A program made the position numbers and the translations under genes. DNA of 64,000 nucleotides from Mobula hypostoma (Eukaryota): assembly GCF_963921235.1 (NCBI RefSeq), contig NC_086098.1, positions 7,688,001-7,752,000 of the forward strand. Reading direction: 5' to 3'. Below the pieces are notes generated by a model. The model made no database searches. It had not been told where the DNA came from and worked only from the letters and a program-made list of their open reading frames with translations. Shown in pieces: positions 37,621 to 49,538 of the stretch; position 1 is the first letter of the stretch, and each line of letters begins with the position of its first letter.

Positions 37621-38139
37621 AGAAGGCGAATTGGTCTGTTGGGCTGAGGAGGTCGAATTGGACTGTCAGGCCGGGGACATTGAGACGGACCTTCAGGCTG
37701 GGTTTGTCAACACGGGCTGTCGAGCCTGGGGATTTGAACTGGGCTGTCGAGCCTGGGGATTCAAGTCGGGCAGTCGAGCCACAGGAGAAGCTGGATTGGG
37801 TTTGGAAGAGCAGACCATGTTGCTGCATGCTACTCAGAAGGGCCAGACTTGGTGCCTTCAGGTTGGCGGGAAGGCTGCGTGCGGGGAGACTGCGAGTGAC
37901 TGTCTTGGACATTTGTTTTGTGATTGCAAGACCCGTTGGACATTGATTGCTGCAGGCCTGCTTCCCTTGTTTGGTGGTGAGACAGGTAGCGAAGCAGCAG
38001 TGTCACAGTAGCTGGGGCTCGACCTCGGTCCTTGGGCTTGCGTTGTGGTGTGGCGTCCGGGCTTAGTTACGGGTGGCCTCTTCCGTTGTTGCTGTGCTCC
38101 AGTTTTAGATCAGTAGAATTACAAGCTGAACTTTTTGAG

Positions 38140-40480
38140 TACTACTGGGAGGGGGGGAGAATGACCTATCTGGGGGAAGCAACAGCAGTCCTGCCTCTGG
38201 CACTGACTCTGGCCCTGTGGCTCGAAGGATAGGGCCCTGAAGAGGATGGCAGCAGTAACAGGGGACTCTATAGCTGGGGGAACAGATAGGTGATTCTGTG
38301 AGCACGAAAAGGAAACATGGGTGCTAGTTTGGCTCTGAGGTGCTAGGTTCTGGACGCATCTGCAATACCCTGAAATGGGAAGGTGAGCAGCTAGAAGTCT
38401 TGGTACATAAGGGAACCAATGACGTAGGTAGAAAAAGGGAGGAGGTCCTGAAAACAGAATACAGGGAGTAAGGAAGGAAGTTGAAAAGCAGGACCTCAAG
38501 AGTAGTAAGCTCGGGATTGCTGCCTGTACCACGCGACAGTGAGGATAAGAATAGAATGAGGTGGCAGATGAATGTGTGGCTGAAGAATTGGAGCAGGAAG
38601 CAGGGATTCAGATTTCTGGATCATTGGGAACACTTCTGGGGCAGGTGTGACCTGTACAAAATGGATGGGTTGCACTGGAATTTGAGGGGGACCAATGTTC
38701 TGAGTGGAGTTAAGAAGCTACAAGGATAAAAAGACACTATGGGAAGCATATATAGGCCTCCAAATAGAAGCCAAGATGTGAGCTGAGATTGTAAAGGGAG
38801 CTGTAAAAGGCATGTAATAAGGGTAATATCACAACTGTAATAGTTAACTTCAATATGCAAGAAATGGCAGATAAACTTAATGAGTACTTTGCATCAGTCT
38901 TCACTGTGGAAGACATCAGCAGTGTGCCAGAGGTTTGTGACGGTCAGGGAGCATGAGTGAATTCCATTGGTATTACAAAGTACTAGGCAAACTGAAATTT
39001 CTTGAAGTGGATAAGTCACCTGGACCAGATGAACTACACCCTAGACTTCTGAGAGAGGTTGCTGAAGAGATAACAAATGCATTGGTTATGATCTTTCAAG
39101 AATCACTTGATTCTGGCATTGTCCCAGAGGACTGGAAGATTGCAAATGTCATTCCACTCTTTAAGAAGGGAGGAAGGCGAAAAAAAAGAAATTATAGGCC
39201 AGTTAGCCTAACCTCAATGGTTGGGAAAGTGTTGGAGTCTATTATTAAGGATGAGGTTTTGAGGTACTTGGAGACTAATGATAAAATAAGTCAAAGTCAG
39301 CATGGTTTCTGTTAAGGAAAATCTTGTCTAACAAATCTGTTAGAATTCTTCGAGGAAGTAAGAAGCAGGGTGGACAAGAAGAGAGGCAGTAGATGTCATT
39401 TACTTGGATTTGCAGAGGACATTTGATAAGGTGCCACAGATGAGATTGCTTAACAAGGTAAAATCTTAGGACGGTACAGGAAAGATACCCTCATGGATCA
39501 AGAAATTGCTGACAGACAGGAGACAGTAGGTGGGAGTAAAAAGGACCTTTTCTGCTTGGCTGCCAGTGACGAGTGATGTTCCTCAGGGGTCAGTATTGAA
39601 ACCGTTGCTTTTCACATTGTTTGTCAATGATTTGGATAAATAAGTTAATGGCTTTGAGGCAAAGTTTGTGGATGATATGAAGATAGGTAGAGGGGTAGGT
39701 AGTGCTGAAGATGCAAGGCATTGCAACAGGATTTGGTATAAAGTACAATAGTGCAGACTATTATCTAAATGGGGAGAAGGTTCAAACATCAGAGGTGCTG
39801 AAGGACTTAGGAATCCTTGTGCAATACTCCCAGAAGGTTAATTTACAGTTTGAGTTTGTGATAAAGAAAGCAAATGTAATGTTGACATTTATTTCAAGGG
39901 AAATAGAATATAAAAGCAAGGAGATAATGCTGAGGCTTTATAAGACACAGGTCAGGCTGCACTTGGAGTATTGTCAACAGTTTTGGGCCCCATATCTCAG
40001 AAAGGATGTGTTGTCAATGGAGAGAGTCCAGAGGAGGTTCATGAGGATGATTCCGGGAATGAAGAGGTTAATATGAGGAGTGTTAGGCAGCTTTAGGCCT
40101 GTGCTCGCTGGAATTTAGAAGAATGCGGGGGAGATCTCATTGAAACCTACTGAATGTTGAAAGGACTAGAAAGGGTTGATGTGGAGGGAATGTTTCCTGT
40201 GGTGGGGGCATCAGAGGTAAAGAGGAATTCTTTTAGCCAGAGATTGGTGAGTCTGTGGAATGCTTTGCCACAGACTGCAGTGAAGGCCAATTCTGTGGCT
40301 ACATATAAGGCAGAATTTGATAGTTTCCTGATAGGTCAGGGCATCAAGGTCAGGGCATCAAAAGATATGGTGAGAAGGCGGGTGTATGGGTCTGAATGGG
40401 ATCCAGAATCAGCCATGATGGAACGGCAGATCAGACTCGATGGGCTGAATGGCCTAATTCTGCTACTATGTCTTATGGAC
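38140..40480 (+). mobile_element. Degenerate CR1 with large internal deletions
   Basis: ORF1 RTSRVVSSGLLPVP..DGLHWN; DKSPGPDELHP..YRPVSLTS..QHGF; LEYCQQFWAP. Confidence 0.85.
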
Positions 40481-40809
40481 TGCCGAGAACCATCAATTTG
40501 TGGGACTTGTCGCTCAGGGTCTTGGACTAAAACTTTGTTTTCTTACCTGGCTATATATTTTTTTGCCCTTCTATGATTTTGAATGAATGTGTATGCCTTT
40601 GCACCCTGGCCCCAGAGCAATGCTTTCTCATATGGCTGTATCCATGTATGGTTTGAAAGACAGTTAAGCTTGATTTGATTTTGATGTTTTTTTGATTGAA
40701 GTGTTAGATTGATCTTGAAGCAGATTAAAATGTTGCAACATCTTGTACTGTGTTATACTGTTCTATCTTCTGTCTTCTCCATTGTATGTTTCTATGTTCT
40801 GTTAGCTAT

Positions 40810-41410
40810 TATCTATGATCTGCACCCGGTGTGTCGAGCTGCAGCTCCTGAGGGACCACATTAAGGAACGGAAGTTGCGGCTTGATGACCTTCGTCTGGT
40901 CAGGGAGAGTGAGGAGGTGATAGAAAGGAGTTACAGGCAGGTGGTCACACCGGGGCCACGGGAAACAGACAAGTAGGTAACAGTCAGGAGAGGGAAGGGG
41001 AAGAATCAGGTAGGAGGGAGTGTCAGAGGATGAGAGGTGACCTGTTAGATGTGTACAAGATGGTGAGAGGCATTGATTGTGTGGATAGTCAGAGGCTTTT
41101 TCCCAGGGCTGAAATGGCTGCCACAAGAGGACACAGGTTTAAGGTGCTGGGGAGTAGGTACAGAGGAAATGTCAGGGGTAAGTTTTTTACTCAGAGAGTG
41201 GTGAGTGTGTGGAATAGGCTGCCAGCAATGGTGGTGGAGGCGGATACGATAGGGTCTTTTAAGAGACTTTTGGATAGGTACATGAAGCTTAGAAAAATAG
41301 AGGACTCCATGTAACCCTAGTAATTTCTAAGGTAGAGACATGTTCAGCACAACTTTATGGGCCAAAGGGCCTGTATTGTGCTGTAGGTTTTCTATGTTTC
41401 TCTGTTTCTA
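40810..41410 (+). mobile_element. CR1 ORF1 start joined to a family E 3' end
   Basis: ICTRCVELQLLRDHIKE.. then MRGDLLDVYKMVRG..; CTATGTTT tail. Confidence 0.8.
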
Positions 41411-41611
41411 TCATGGTCAAGCAGTGACCACATGTTTTTATGGAAGAGAAAGCATGTTTGAGAAATTTGTGAAGGCCTTTGATAATATGGCACATTGTAG
41501 CAAGTGATGAGCAAGCTGATATGGTGGTTGTCCATTGTGTCTGAAGATGACAGGAAACCTGTGCTGGAGAAGAGTTTTTTAGATTGGAAAAGCGATTATA
41601 CTGGGGCAGTT

Positions 41612-41941
41612 CCACTCTCTCAGCCACAGAAATCCAGGTCCAGTGGTACAAACAAGTGTCACAAACTGGGGTCTTCCTTGGTTACAGTGGATGACCATGA
41701 TGTCTTCTGTGCCTTGTCGTACCCTTCGCTCTCCATGAAGCGTTGTAGAACCATCTTCCTGGCTGTTAGATCTCACTGTAGATCTTCTCCACCCAATCCC
41801 CCAGAGCAGACTCTGCATGGCCCTGTCTGGGCGATGAGGCCACCAGCTGCTCTCACATGATTTACCCACCTTTTGAAGTGGTGTACCAGGGGTGGCTGCC
41901 GTCACTTGCAAACCGCTACTTGGAGCCACAGGTGAGAGCTT
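41612..41941 (-). mobile_element. Unclassified interspersed repeat; inverted homolog at about 51474-52290
   Basis: GCCACAGGTGAGAGCT vs AGCTCTCACCTGTGGC; GACCATGATGTCTTCTGTGCCTTG vs CAAGGCACAGAAGACGTCATGGTC. Confidence 0.7.
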
Positions 41942-42204
41942 GAGTGACAGTATTTGGATAGTAAATAATTACAACAATACTATTTAAAAATTGTTATTTT
42001 TCGATTGTTTTTTTAAAATATTAATATTCATAATTTTTGAAATCTCAAATGCTTAATTTATTTTAATTTGCCTTTGTTAGATATTTATTAATAGTAAAAC
42101 AATGACTTCTCATAAATAAGCAACCAGACTCATCAATTTTCCTTAAAAATGTCCATAATTATTGCTATCAATTCATTAATCAATGAATTAAAAAGGGCCA
42201 CTTT

Positions 42205-45145
42205 TCAACATAATTGTATAAGGGCTAAGAGAGTTGTAAAAGAGCGCCTGAAGGCTTTGTGTGTCAATGCAAGGAGCATTTGTAATAAGGTGGATGAATT
42301 GAAGGTGCAGATTGTTATTAATGATTATGATATAGTTGGGATCACAGAGACATGGCTGCAGGGTGACCAGGGATGGGAGCTCAACGTTCAGGGATATTCA
42401 ATATTCAGGAGGGATAGACATGAAGGAAGGGGAGGTGGGGTGGCGTTGCTGGTTAAAGAAGAGATTAACGCAATAGAAAGGAAGGACATAAGCCGGGAAG
42501 ATGTGGAATCGATATGGGTAGAGCTGCGTAACACTAAGGGGTAGAAGACGCTGGTGGGAGTTGTGTACAGGCCACCTAACAGTAGTAGTGAGGTCGGAGA
42601 TGGTATTAAACAGGAAATTAGAAATGTGTGCAATAAAGGAACAGCAGTTATAATGGGTGACTTCAATCTACATGTAGATTGGGTGAACCAAATTGGTAAA
42701 GGTGCTGAGGAAGAGGATTTCTTGGAATGTATGCGGGATGGTTTTTTGAACCAACATGTCGAGGAACCAACTAGAGAGCAGGCTATTCTGGACTGGGTTT
42801 TGAGCAATGAGGAAGGGTTAATTAGTGATCTTGTCGTGAGAGGCCCCTTGGGTAAGAGTGACCATAATATGGTGGAATTCTTCATTAAGATGGAGAGTGA
42901 CATAGTTAATTCAGAAACAAAGGTTCTGAACTTAAAGAGGGGTAACTTTGAAGGTATGAGACATGAATTAGCTAAGATAGACTGGCAAATGACACTTAAA
43001 GGATTGATGGTGGATATGCAATGGCAAGCATTTAAAGGTTGCATGGATGAACTACAACAATTGTTCATCCCAGTTTGGCAAAAAAATAAATCAAGGAAGG
43101 TAGTGCACCCGTGGCTGACAAGAGAAATTAGGGATAGTATCAATTCCAAAGAAGAAGCATACAAATTAGCCAGAGAAAGTGGCTCACCTGAGGACTGGGA
43201 GAAATTCAGAGTTCAGCAGAGGAGGACAAAGGGCTTAATTAGGAAGGGGAAAAAAGATTATGAGAGAAAACTGGCAGGGAGCATAAAAACGGACTGTAAA
43301 AGCTTTTATAGATATGTAAAAAGGAAAAGACTGGTAAAGACAAATGTAGGTCCCCTGCAGACAGAAACAGGTGAATTGATTATGGGGAGCAAGGACATAG
43401 CAGACCAATTGAGTAATTACTTTGGTTCTGCCTTCACTAAGGAGGACATAAATAATCTTCCAGAAATAGTAGGGGACAGAGGGTCCAGTGAGATGGAGGA
43501 ACTGAGCGAAATACATGTTAGTTGGGAAGTGGTGTTAGTTAAATTGAAGGGATTGAAGGCAGATAAATCCCTAGGGCCAGATCGTCTGCATCCTAGAGTG
43601 CTTAAGGAAGTAGCCCAAGAAATAGTGGATGCATTAGTGATAATTTTTCAAAACTCGTTAGATTCTGGTCTAGTTCCTGAGGATTGGAGGGTGGCTAATG
43701 TAACCCCACTTTTTAAAAAAGGAGGGAGAGAGAAACCGGGGAATTATAGACCAGTTAGCCTAATGTCGGAGGTGGGGAAACTGCTGGAGTCAGTTATCGA
43801 AGATGTGATAACAGCACATTTGGAAAGTGGTGAAATCATCGGACAAAGTCAGCATGGATTTATGAAAGGAAAATCATGTCTGACGAATCTCATAGAATTT
43901 TTTGAGGATGTAACTAGTAGAGTGGATAGGGGAGAACCAGTGGATGTGGTATATTTGGATTTTCAAAAGGCATTTGACAAGGTCCCACACAGGAGATTAG
44001 TGTGAAAACTTAAAGCACATGGTATTGGGGGTAAGGTATTGATGTGGATGGAGAATTGGTTAGCAGACAGGAAGCAAAGAGTGGGAATAAACGGGACCTT
44101 TTCAGAATGGCAGGCGGTGACTAGTGGGGTACCACAAGGCTCAGTGCTGGGACTCCAGTTGTTTACAATATATATTAATGACTTGGATGAGGGAATTAAA
44201 TGCAGCATCTCCAAGTTTGCGGATGACACGAAGCTGGGCGGCAGTGTTAGCTGTGAGGAGGATGCTAAGAGGATGCAGGGTGACTTGGATAGGTTGGGTG
44301 AATGGGCAAATTCATGGCAGATGCAATTTAATGTGGATAAATGTGAAGTTATCCACTTTGGTGGCAAAAATAGGAAAACAGATTATTATCTGAATGGTGG
44401 CCGATTAAGAAAAGGGGAGGTGCAACGAGACCTGGGTGTCATTATACACCAGTCATTGAAAGTGGGCATGCAGGTACAGCAGGCGGTGAAAAAGGCGAAT
44501 GGTATGCTGGCATTTATGGCGAGAGGATTCGAGTACAGGAGCAGGGAGGTACTACTGCAGTTGCACAAGGCCTTGGTGAGACCACACCTGGAGTATTGTG
44601 TGCAGTTTTGGTCCCCTAATCTGAGGAAAGACATCCTTGCCATAGAGGGAGTACAAAGAAGGTTCACCAGATTGATTCCTGGGATGGCAGGACTTTCATA
44701 TGAAGAAAGACTGGATGAACTGGGCTTGCACTTGCTGGAATTGAGAAGATTGAGGGGGGATCTGATTGAAACGTATAAAATCCTAAAGGGATTGGACAGG
44801 CTAGATGCAGGAAGATTGTTCCCGATGTTGGGGAAGTCCAGAACGAGGCGCCACAGTTTGAGGATAGAGGGGAAGCCTTTTAGGACCAAGATTAGGAAAA
44901 ACTTCTTCACACAGAGAGTGGTGAATCTGTGGAATTCTCTGCCACAGGAAACAGTTGAGGCCAGTTCATTGGCTATATTTAAGAGGGAGTTAGATATGGC
45001 CCTTGTGGCTATGGGGGTCAGGGGGTATGGAGGGAAGGCTGGGGTGGGGTTCTGAGTTGGATGATCAGCCATGATCATAGTAAATGGCGGTGAAGGCACG
45101 AAGGTCCGAATGGCCTATTCCTGCACCTATTTTCTATGTTTCTAT
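42205..45145 (+). mobile_element. CR1 family A with essentially complete ORF2 (APE and RT)
   Basis: ORFs 42149-42544, 42554-44005 and 44039-45055 share one frame, broken only by TAG at 42542 and TGA at 44003; KFADDTK intact; CTATGTTT tail. Confidence 0.97.
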
Positions 45146-45468
45146 AATCTGTCTAAAATTACCATGGTGCACAAGATAATTTTCTTTAGAAAATTATTGC
45201 CATTGCTCTCAAGAAGGTATGCCACCTCTGTACTAGGAGGTGGAGGTGTAGAGAGAAGACTATGCATTAACTAGTGACACCAATTGCCACACCAATTGGC
45301 AGAAGCTGGGAGGTTAATCGCAGAAGACACCAGATCCAGGTTGAATACTGGAGCACAGATATTTTATTCTTTCCTTAGGGGATCAACAAGTATGTATGAA
45401 GAACCCCTTCTCAGGTTTGAAGACTGTATCTGTTTAACAATGTCTCACTTTCCTAATCACCAGAAACT

Positions 45469-45584
45469 CTTCATGTAGCCCACTTACTGTTGTCATTACC
45501 AGCAGAGAGCCTTTGCGTTATAACTTCATGTAGCCCACTTACTGTTGTTATTACCAGCAGAGAGCCTTTGCGTTATAACTTCAT
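45469..45584. repeat. 55-bp tandem duplication
   Basis: CTTCATGTAGCCCAC..CGTTATAA twice with 1 mismatch, bounded by CTTCAT. Confidence 0.9.
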
Positions 45585-45589
45585 AAGGC

Positions 45590-46070
45590 GGAGGAGTAGA
45601 GTTAAGCCTTTCAGCTCCACCACTTCATCATGGCTGACGTATTATCCCCCCTCAACCCCACGCTCTTTCCTTCTTCCCATAGCCTTTGACATCCTCATTA
45701 ATCAAGAACCTATCAATTTCTGCTTTAAATATACTCAGTGATTTGCCAAGGAATTCCCAGTCTGTGGCAATGAAGTCCACGGATGTACACTCCGCTGGCT
45801 AAAGAAATTCCTCCTCATCCCTCTTCTAAAGAGATACCCTACTGAGGCAGTGCCCTTTGGTCCGAGACTCCAACACTGTAGAGAACATCCTCTCCATGTC
45901 CACTCTATCTGGGCCTTTTAATATCAATAGGGTTCAATGAGATCCCCCACCCCGATTCTTCTAAACTCCAGTGAGTTCATACTCAAAGCCATCAAACGCT
46001 CCTCATACATTAATCCTTTCATTCCTGGATTTATGAATCTCCTCCGGACCCACTTCAGTGCCAGTACAAT
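45590..46070 (-). mobile_element. Degenerate CR1 3' fragment
   Basis: Homologous to the family B 3' end (GCCATCAAACGCTCCTCATA, AAGAAATTCCTCCTCATC). Confidence 0.75.
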
Positions 46071-46216
46071 TTGGATTTCACAATTGTTTAACATATCAGC
46101 ATAGATTATTTAAAAATAACTCGTATGAATAAACAAAACTAAATGAAACCAGCAACTAAAATTTGATACATCTACTTCAAAGCTCCCATTGCCCCTAAAG
46201 TGTTCTTTCTGCTCAA

Positions 46217-47514
46217 AGAAACATAGAAACAAAGAAAACCTACAGCACAATACAGGCCCTTTGGCCCACAAAGCTGTGCCGAACATGTTCTTACCTTAGA
46301 AATTAACTAGGGGTACCCATAGCCCTCTATTTTTTTGAGCACCATATACCTGTCCAGGAGTCTCTTAAAAGATCCTTTTGTATCTGCCTCCACCACCGTC
46401 GCAGGCAGCCCATTCCACGCACTCACCACTCTCTGCATAAAAAACTTACCCCTGACATCTCCTCTGTACCTACTTCCAAGCACCTTAAAACTGTGCCCTT
46501 TCATACTAGCCATTTCAGCCCGGGGAAAAGCCTCTGACTATCCACACGATCAAGGCCTCTCATCACCTTATACACCTCTATCAGGTCAGCTCTCATCCTC
46601 CATCACTCCAAGGAAAAAAGGCCGAGTTCATTCAACCGATTCTCATGAGGCATGCTCCCCAATTCAGGCAAAATCCTTGCAAATCTCCTCTACACCCTTC
46701 CTATGGTCTCTATATCCTTCCTATGGTGAGGCAACCAGAACTGAGCACAGTACTCTACGTCGGGTCTGACCAGGGACCCATATAGCTGCAACATTACCTC
46801 ACAGCTCCTAAACTCAATCCCATGATCGATGAAGGCCAATGCACCGAATGCCTTCTTAACCACAGAGTCAACCTGCGCAGCAGCTTTGAGTGTCCTATGG
46901 ACTCAGATCCCAAGATCCAGCTGATCCTCCACAATGCCAAGAGTCTAACCATTAATACTATATTCTGCCATAATATTTGACCTACCAAAATGAACCACCT
47001 CACACTTATCTGAGTTGAATTCCGTCTGCCACTTCTCAGCCCAGTTTTGCATCCTATCAATGTCCTGCTGTAACCTCTGACAACCATCCACACTATATAC
47101 AGCACTCCTAACCTTTGTGTCATCAGAAAACTTATTAACCCATTCCTCCACTTCCTCATCCAGGTCATTTATAAAAATCACGAAGAGTAGGGGTCCCAGA
47201 GCAGATCACTGAGGCACACCACTGGTGACCGACCTCCATGCAGAATATGACCCAACCACAACCACTCTTTGACTTCTGTGGGCAAGCCAGTTCTGGATCC
47301 ACAAAGCAATGTCCCTTCATATCCCTTGCCTCCTTACTTTCTCAATAAGCTTTGCTTGGGGTACCTTGTCAAATGCCTTGCTGAAATCCATATACGCTAC
47401 ATCTACTGCTCTACCTTCATCAATGTGTTTAGTCACATCCTCAAAAAGTTCAATCAGGCTCGTAAGGCACGACCTGCGTTTGACAAAGCCATGCTGACTA
47501 TTCCTAATCATATT
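46217..47514 (-). mobile_element. CR1 family E RT and 3' end
   Basis: SQHGFVKRRSCLT, DFSKAFDKVP, KFSDDTK; CTATGTTT tail. Confidence 0.9.
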
Positions 47515-47911
47515 ACGGGCTTGTGAATGCAGAAAAAGTACATTACTTTTTCCTTCTAGGTTTTTACTGACAACGTTGTAAACTAATGAAGTGGACTAAG
47601 TATAATTGTAGCAGATGGCACCAGTGAACAACACTCCCCCAGTCGACATCTTCCAGATAGCTCACAAGAAAGTCTTTTTTACTTCTCTTGCATCTGTTTA
47701 GCACCCTAAATGTGTTTCTGGGATTGATAGAGCCTACGATTTACAGTTTAGTGATTGTTTGAGTGACCCAGCACCTTGATGACTCCAAGAAAATTTCGGG
47801 AAGCAAGTGTATACTCGGATGGCCTCAAGGCAAAGAACCTTCGAGATGGGGCGTGAGCCAATGTTCGACTCCACTTCACTGGTTAAAGTGTCCATTAATC
47901 GCCAATTAAAG

Positions 47912-47973
47912 CATCAAGGAAGATTGAGGCATCAAGGAAGATTGAGACATCAAGGAAGATTGAGACATCAAGG
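47912..47973. repeat. 18-bp tandem repeat, about 3.4 copies
   Basis: CATCAAGGAAGATTGAGR. Confidence 0.9.
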
Positions 47974-48226
47974 TGAAAACTGAAGTGAGCAAGAATTTCA
48001 GGGCCGACTGCTTTCCTTTTGATCGCTGCCGGAGGAAGGATTCTGTGAGCAGACTATCGCTGTGTGGCTCACTGTGGCAGGCGGGTTTCCCTCTCTGCCT
48101 TGTGTGCGGTCTCTCTCTTTCAGTGTATGTTGGAGATATTGGAGGATGGTATCATGGCTCTGCGTTTATGGATTAGACTACTGCCTTTCTGGACTGTAGA
48201 CTTTCTCAGATTTAGGGTTTTTATAT

Positions 48227-48407
48227 AAACACAAAATAATCTGCAGATGCTGGGGTCAAAGCAACACTCACAACACGCTGGAGGAACTCAGCAGGTCGGG
48301 CAGCATCCGTGGAAAAGATCGGTCGACGTTTCGGGCCGGAACACTTCGTCATGAAGGGCTCCGGCCCGAAACATTGACCGATCTTTCCACGGATGCTGCC
48401 TGACCTG
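48227..48407. mobile_element. Penelope-derived palindromic mini-element with 14-bp TSD
   Basis: Inverted arms 48292-48350 and 48351-48407; TSD TAGGGTTTTTATAT at 48213 and 48408. Confidence 0.85.
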
Positions 48408-49029
48408 TAGGGTTTTTATATTCTGTGTGTGTGATTTTTTTTAAATCACCCATTTCTTTTCCGTTTTGTTCTGTGATGGGAGGGTGTTTGGAGGTTGATG
48501 TTCTGTTAGTTATTTGTGTGGGGGAGGGGGGTTGGGGGGGGTCGATGTTCTTGTTCCGTTGGAGAGAGGAGTTTTGGAGGTTGATGATTGGGGTGCTAAT
48601 CTTTTTTCTAGGGGGGCGGGGGTTGTGGAATTAATTTTTCTCTCTGAATGACCTCTGTGTTCTTTCTTTGTTTTGTGTCTATCTGGAGAAGACAAATTTC
48701 AGAGTTTTGTATAGATACATGCTTTCATAGTAAATGAACCTTTGAACCTTATTGAGCAACTGGAATGACTGTGTTCTTCACGTCAAGACATGCTTTGGGG
48801 TTTTGAGAAAGATAAGTGTAGGTGGTGACAGCTACAATAGATCTGTGACAAGGGATGAATAAAAATGTCCTTGCTTTTATAACCTCTCACTTCTCCATGA
48901 AAGAACTGCTGGCGGAAGGTTAAAAGGTCACAAAAAGCAAGCAAAGCACTGGCCTGGATCTTGCAGTCAGCTGTGGAGGGACAATGTGGCAGTACCCAGC
49001 ACTGGGTTTGAAGAAATCTGTCCCCAAGT

Positions 49030-49299
49030 ATTTATTTATTTATTGTGATATAGGCCCATCCAACCCTTTGAGCAGTACCGCCCCAGCAACACCCAAAATA
49101 ATCCTGGCCGAATCACAGGACAATTTACAATGACCAAGTAACCTACCAACCGGTTCGTAGTTGGACGGTGGGAGGAAACCGGAGCTCTCGGAGGAAACCC
49201 ACACGCTCACATGGAGAAAGTACTAACAGTAACAGCAATTGAACCTGGGTTGCTGGTACTGTAAAACGTTGCGCTAACCATCACGCTACCGTAGCGCCC
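49030..49299 (-). mobile_element. HE1/V-SINE-type SINE
   Basis: tRNA-like head GGTAGCGTGATGGTTAGC..GGTTCAATT; central GGAGGAAACCGGAG..GGAGGAAACCCAC; TAAA-repeat tail. Confidence 0.8.
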
Positions 49300-49475
49300 G
49301 ATTCTATTGCATTTCTTGTATTTACTGGATTGATGACAATGTTTTCACATGTCAGAGCAGAAAAGTTTTTACAACGTAAGATAATTAGTATGACATAAGA
49401 ATCACTCACATACAATCTATTAGACATTTTTCATCATTTTTCATCATTCTCTTCACTAATAACATTTGCCAATGT

Positions 49476-49538
49476 AAACTCAATGGCACTTCATTATGTA
49501 CTTACTTCCTGTACTTAAAGTGGCCACTAAGGGTATAT
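49476..49538. mobile_element. Degenerate short inverted-repeat (Tc1-type MITE-like) element
   Basis: AACTCAATGGCACTT ... AAGTGGCCACTAAGGGTA imperfect inverted termini with TA flanks. Confidence 0.5.

Noticed and set aside
42388..45099. Long minus-strand ORFs (258, 134 and 237 aa)
   Set aside because: Antisense shadows of CR1 ORF2; the same shadows recur at other CR1 copies
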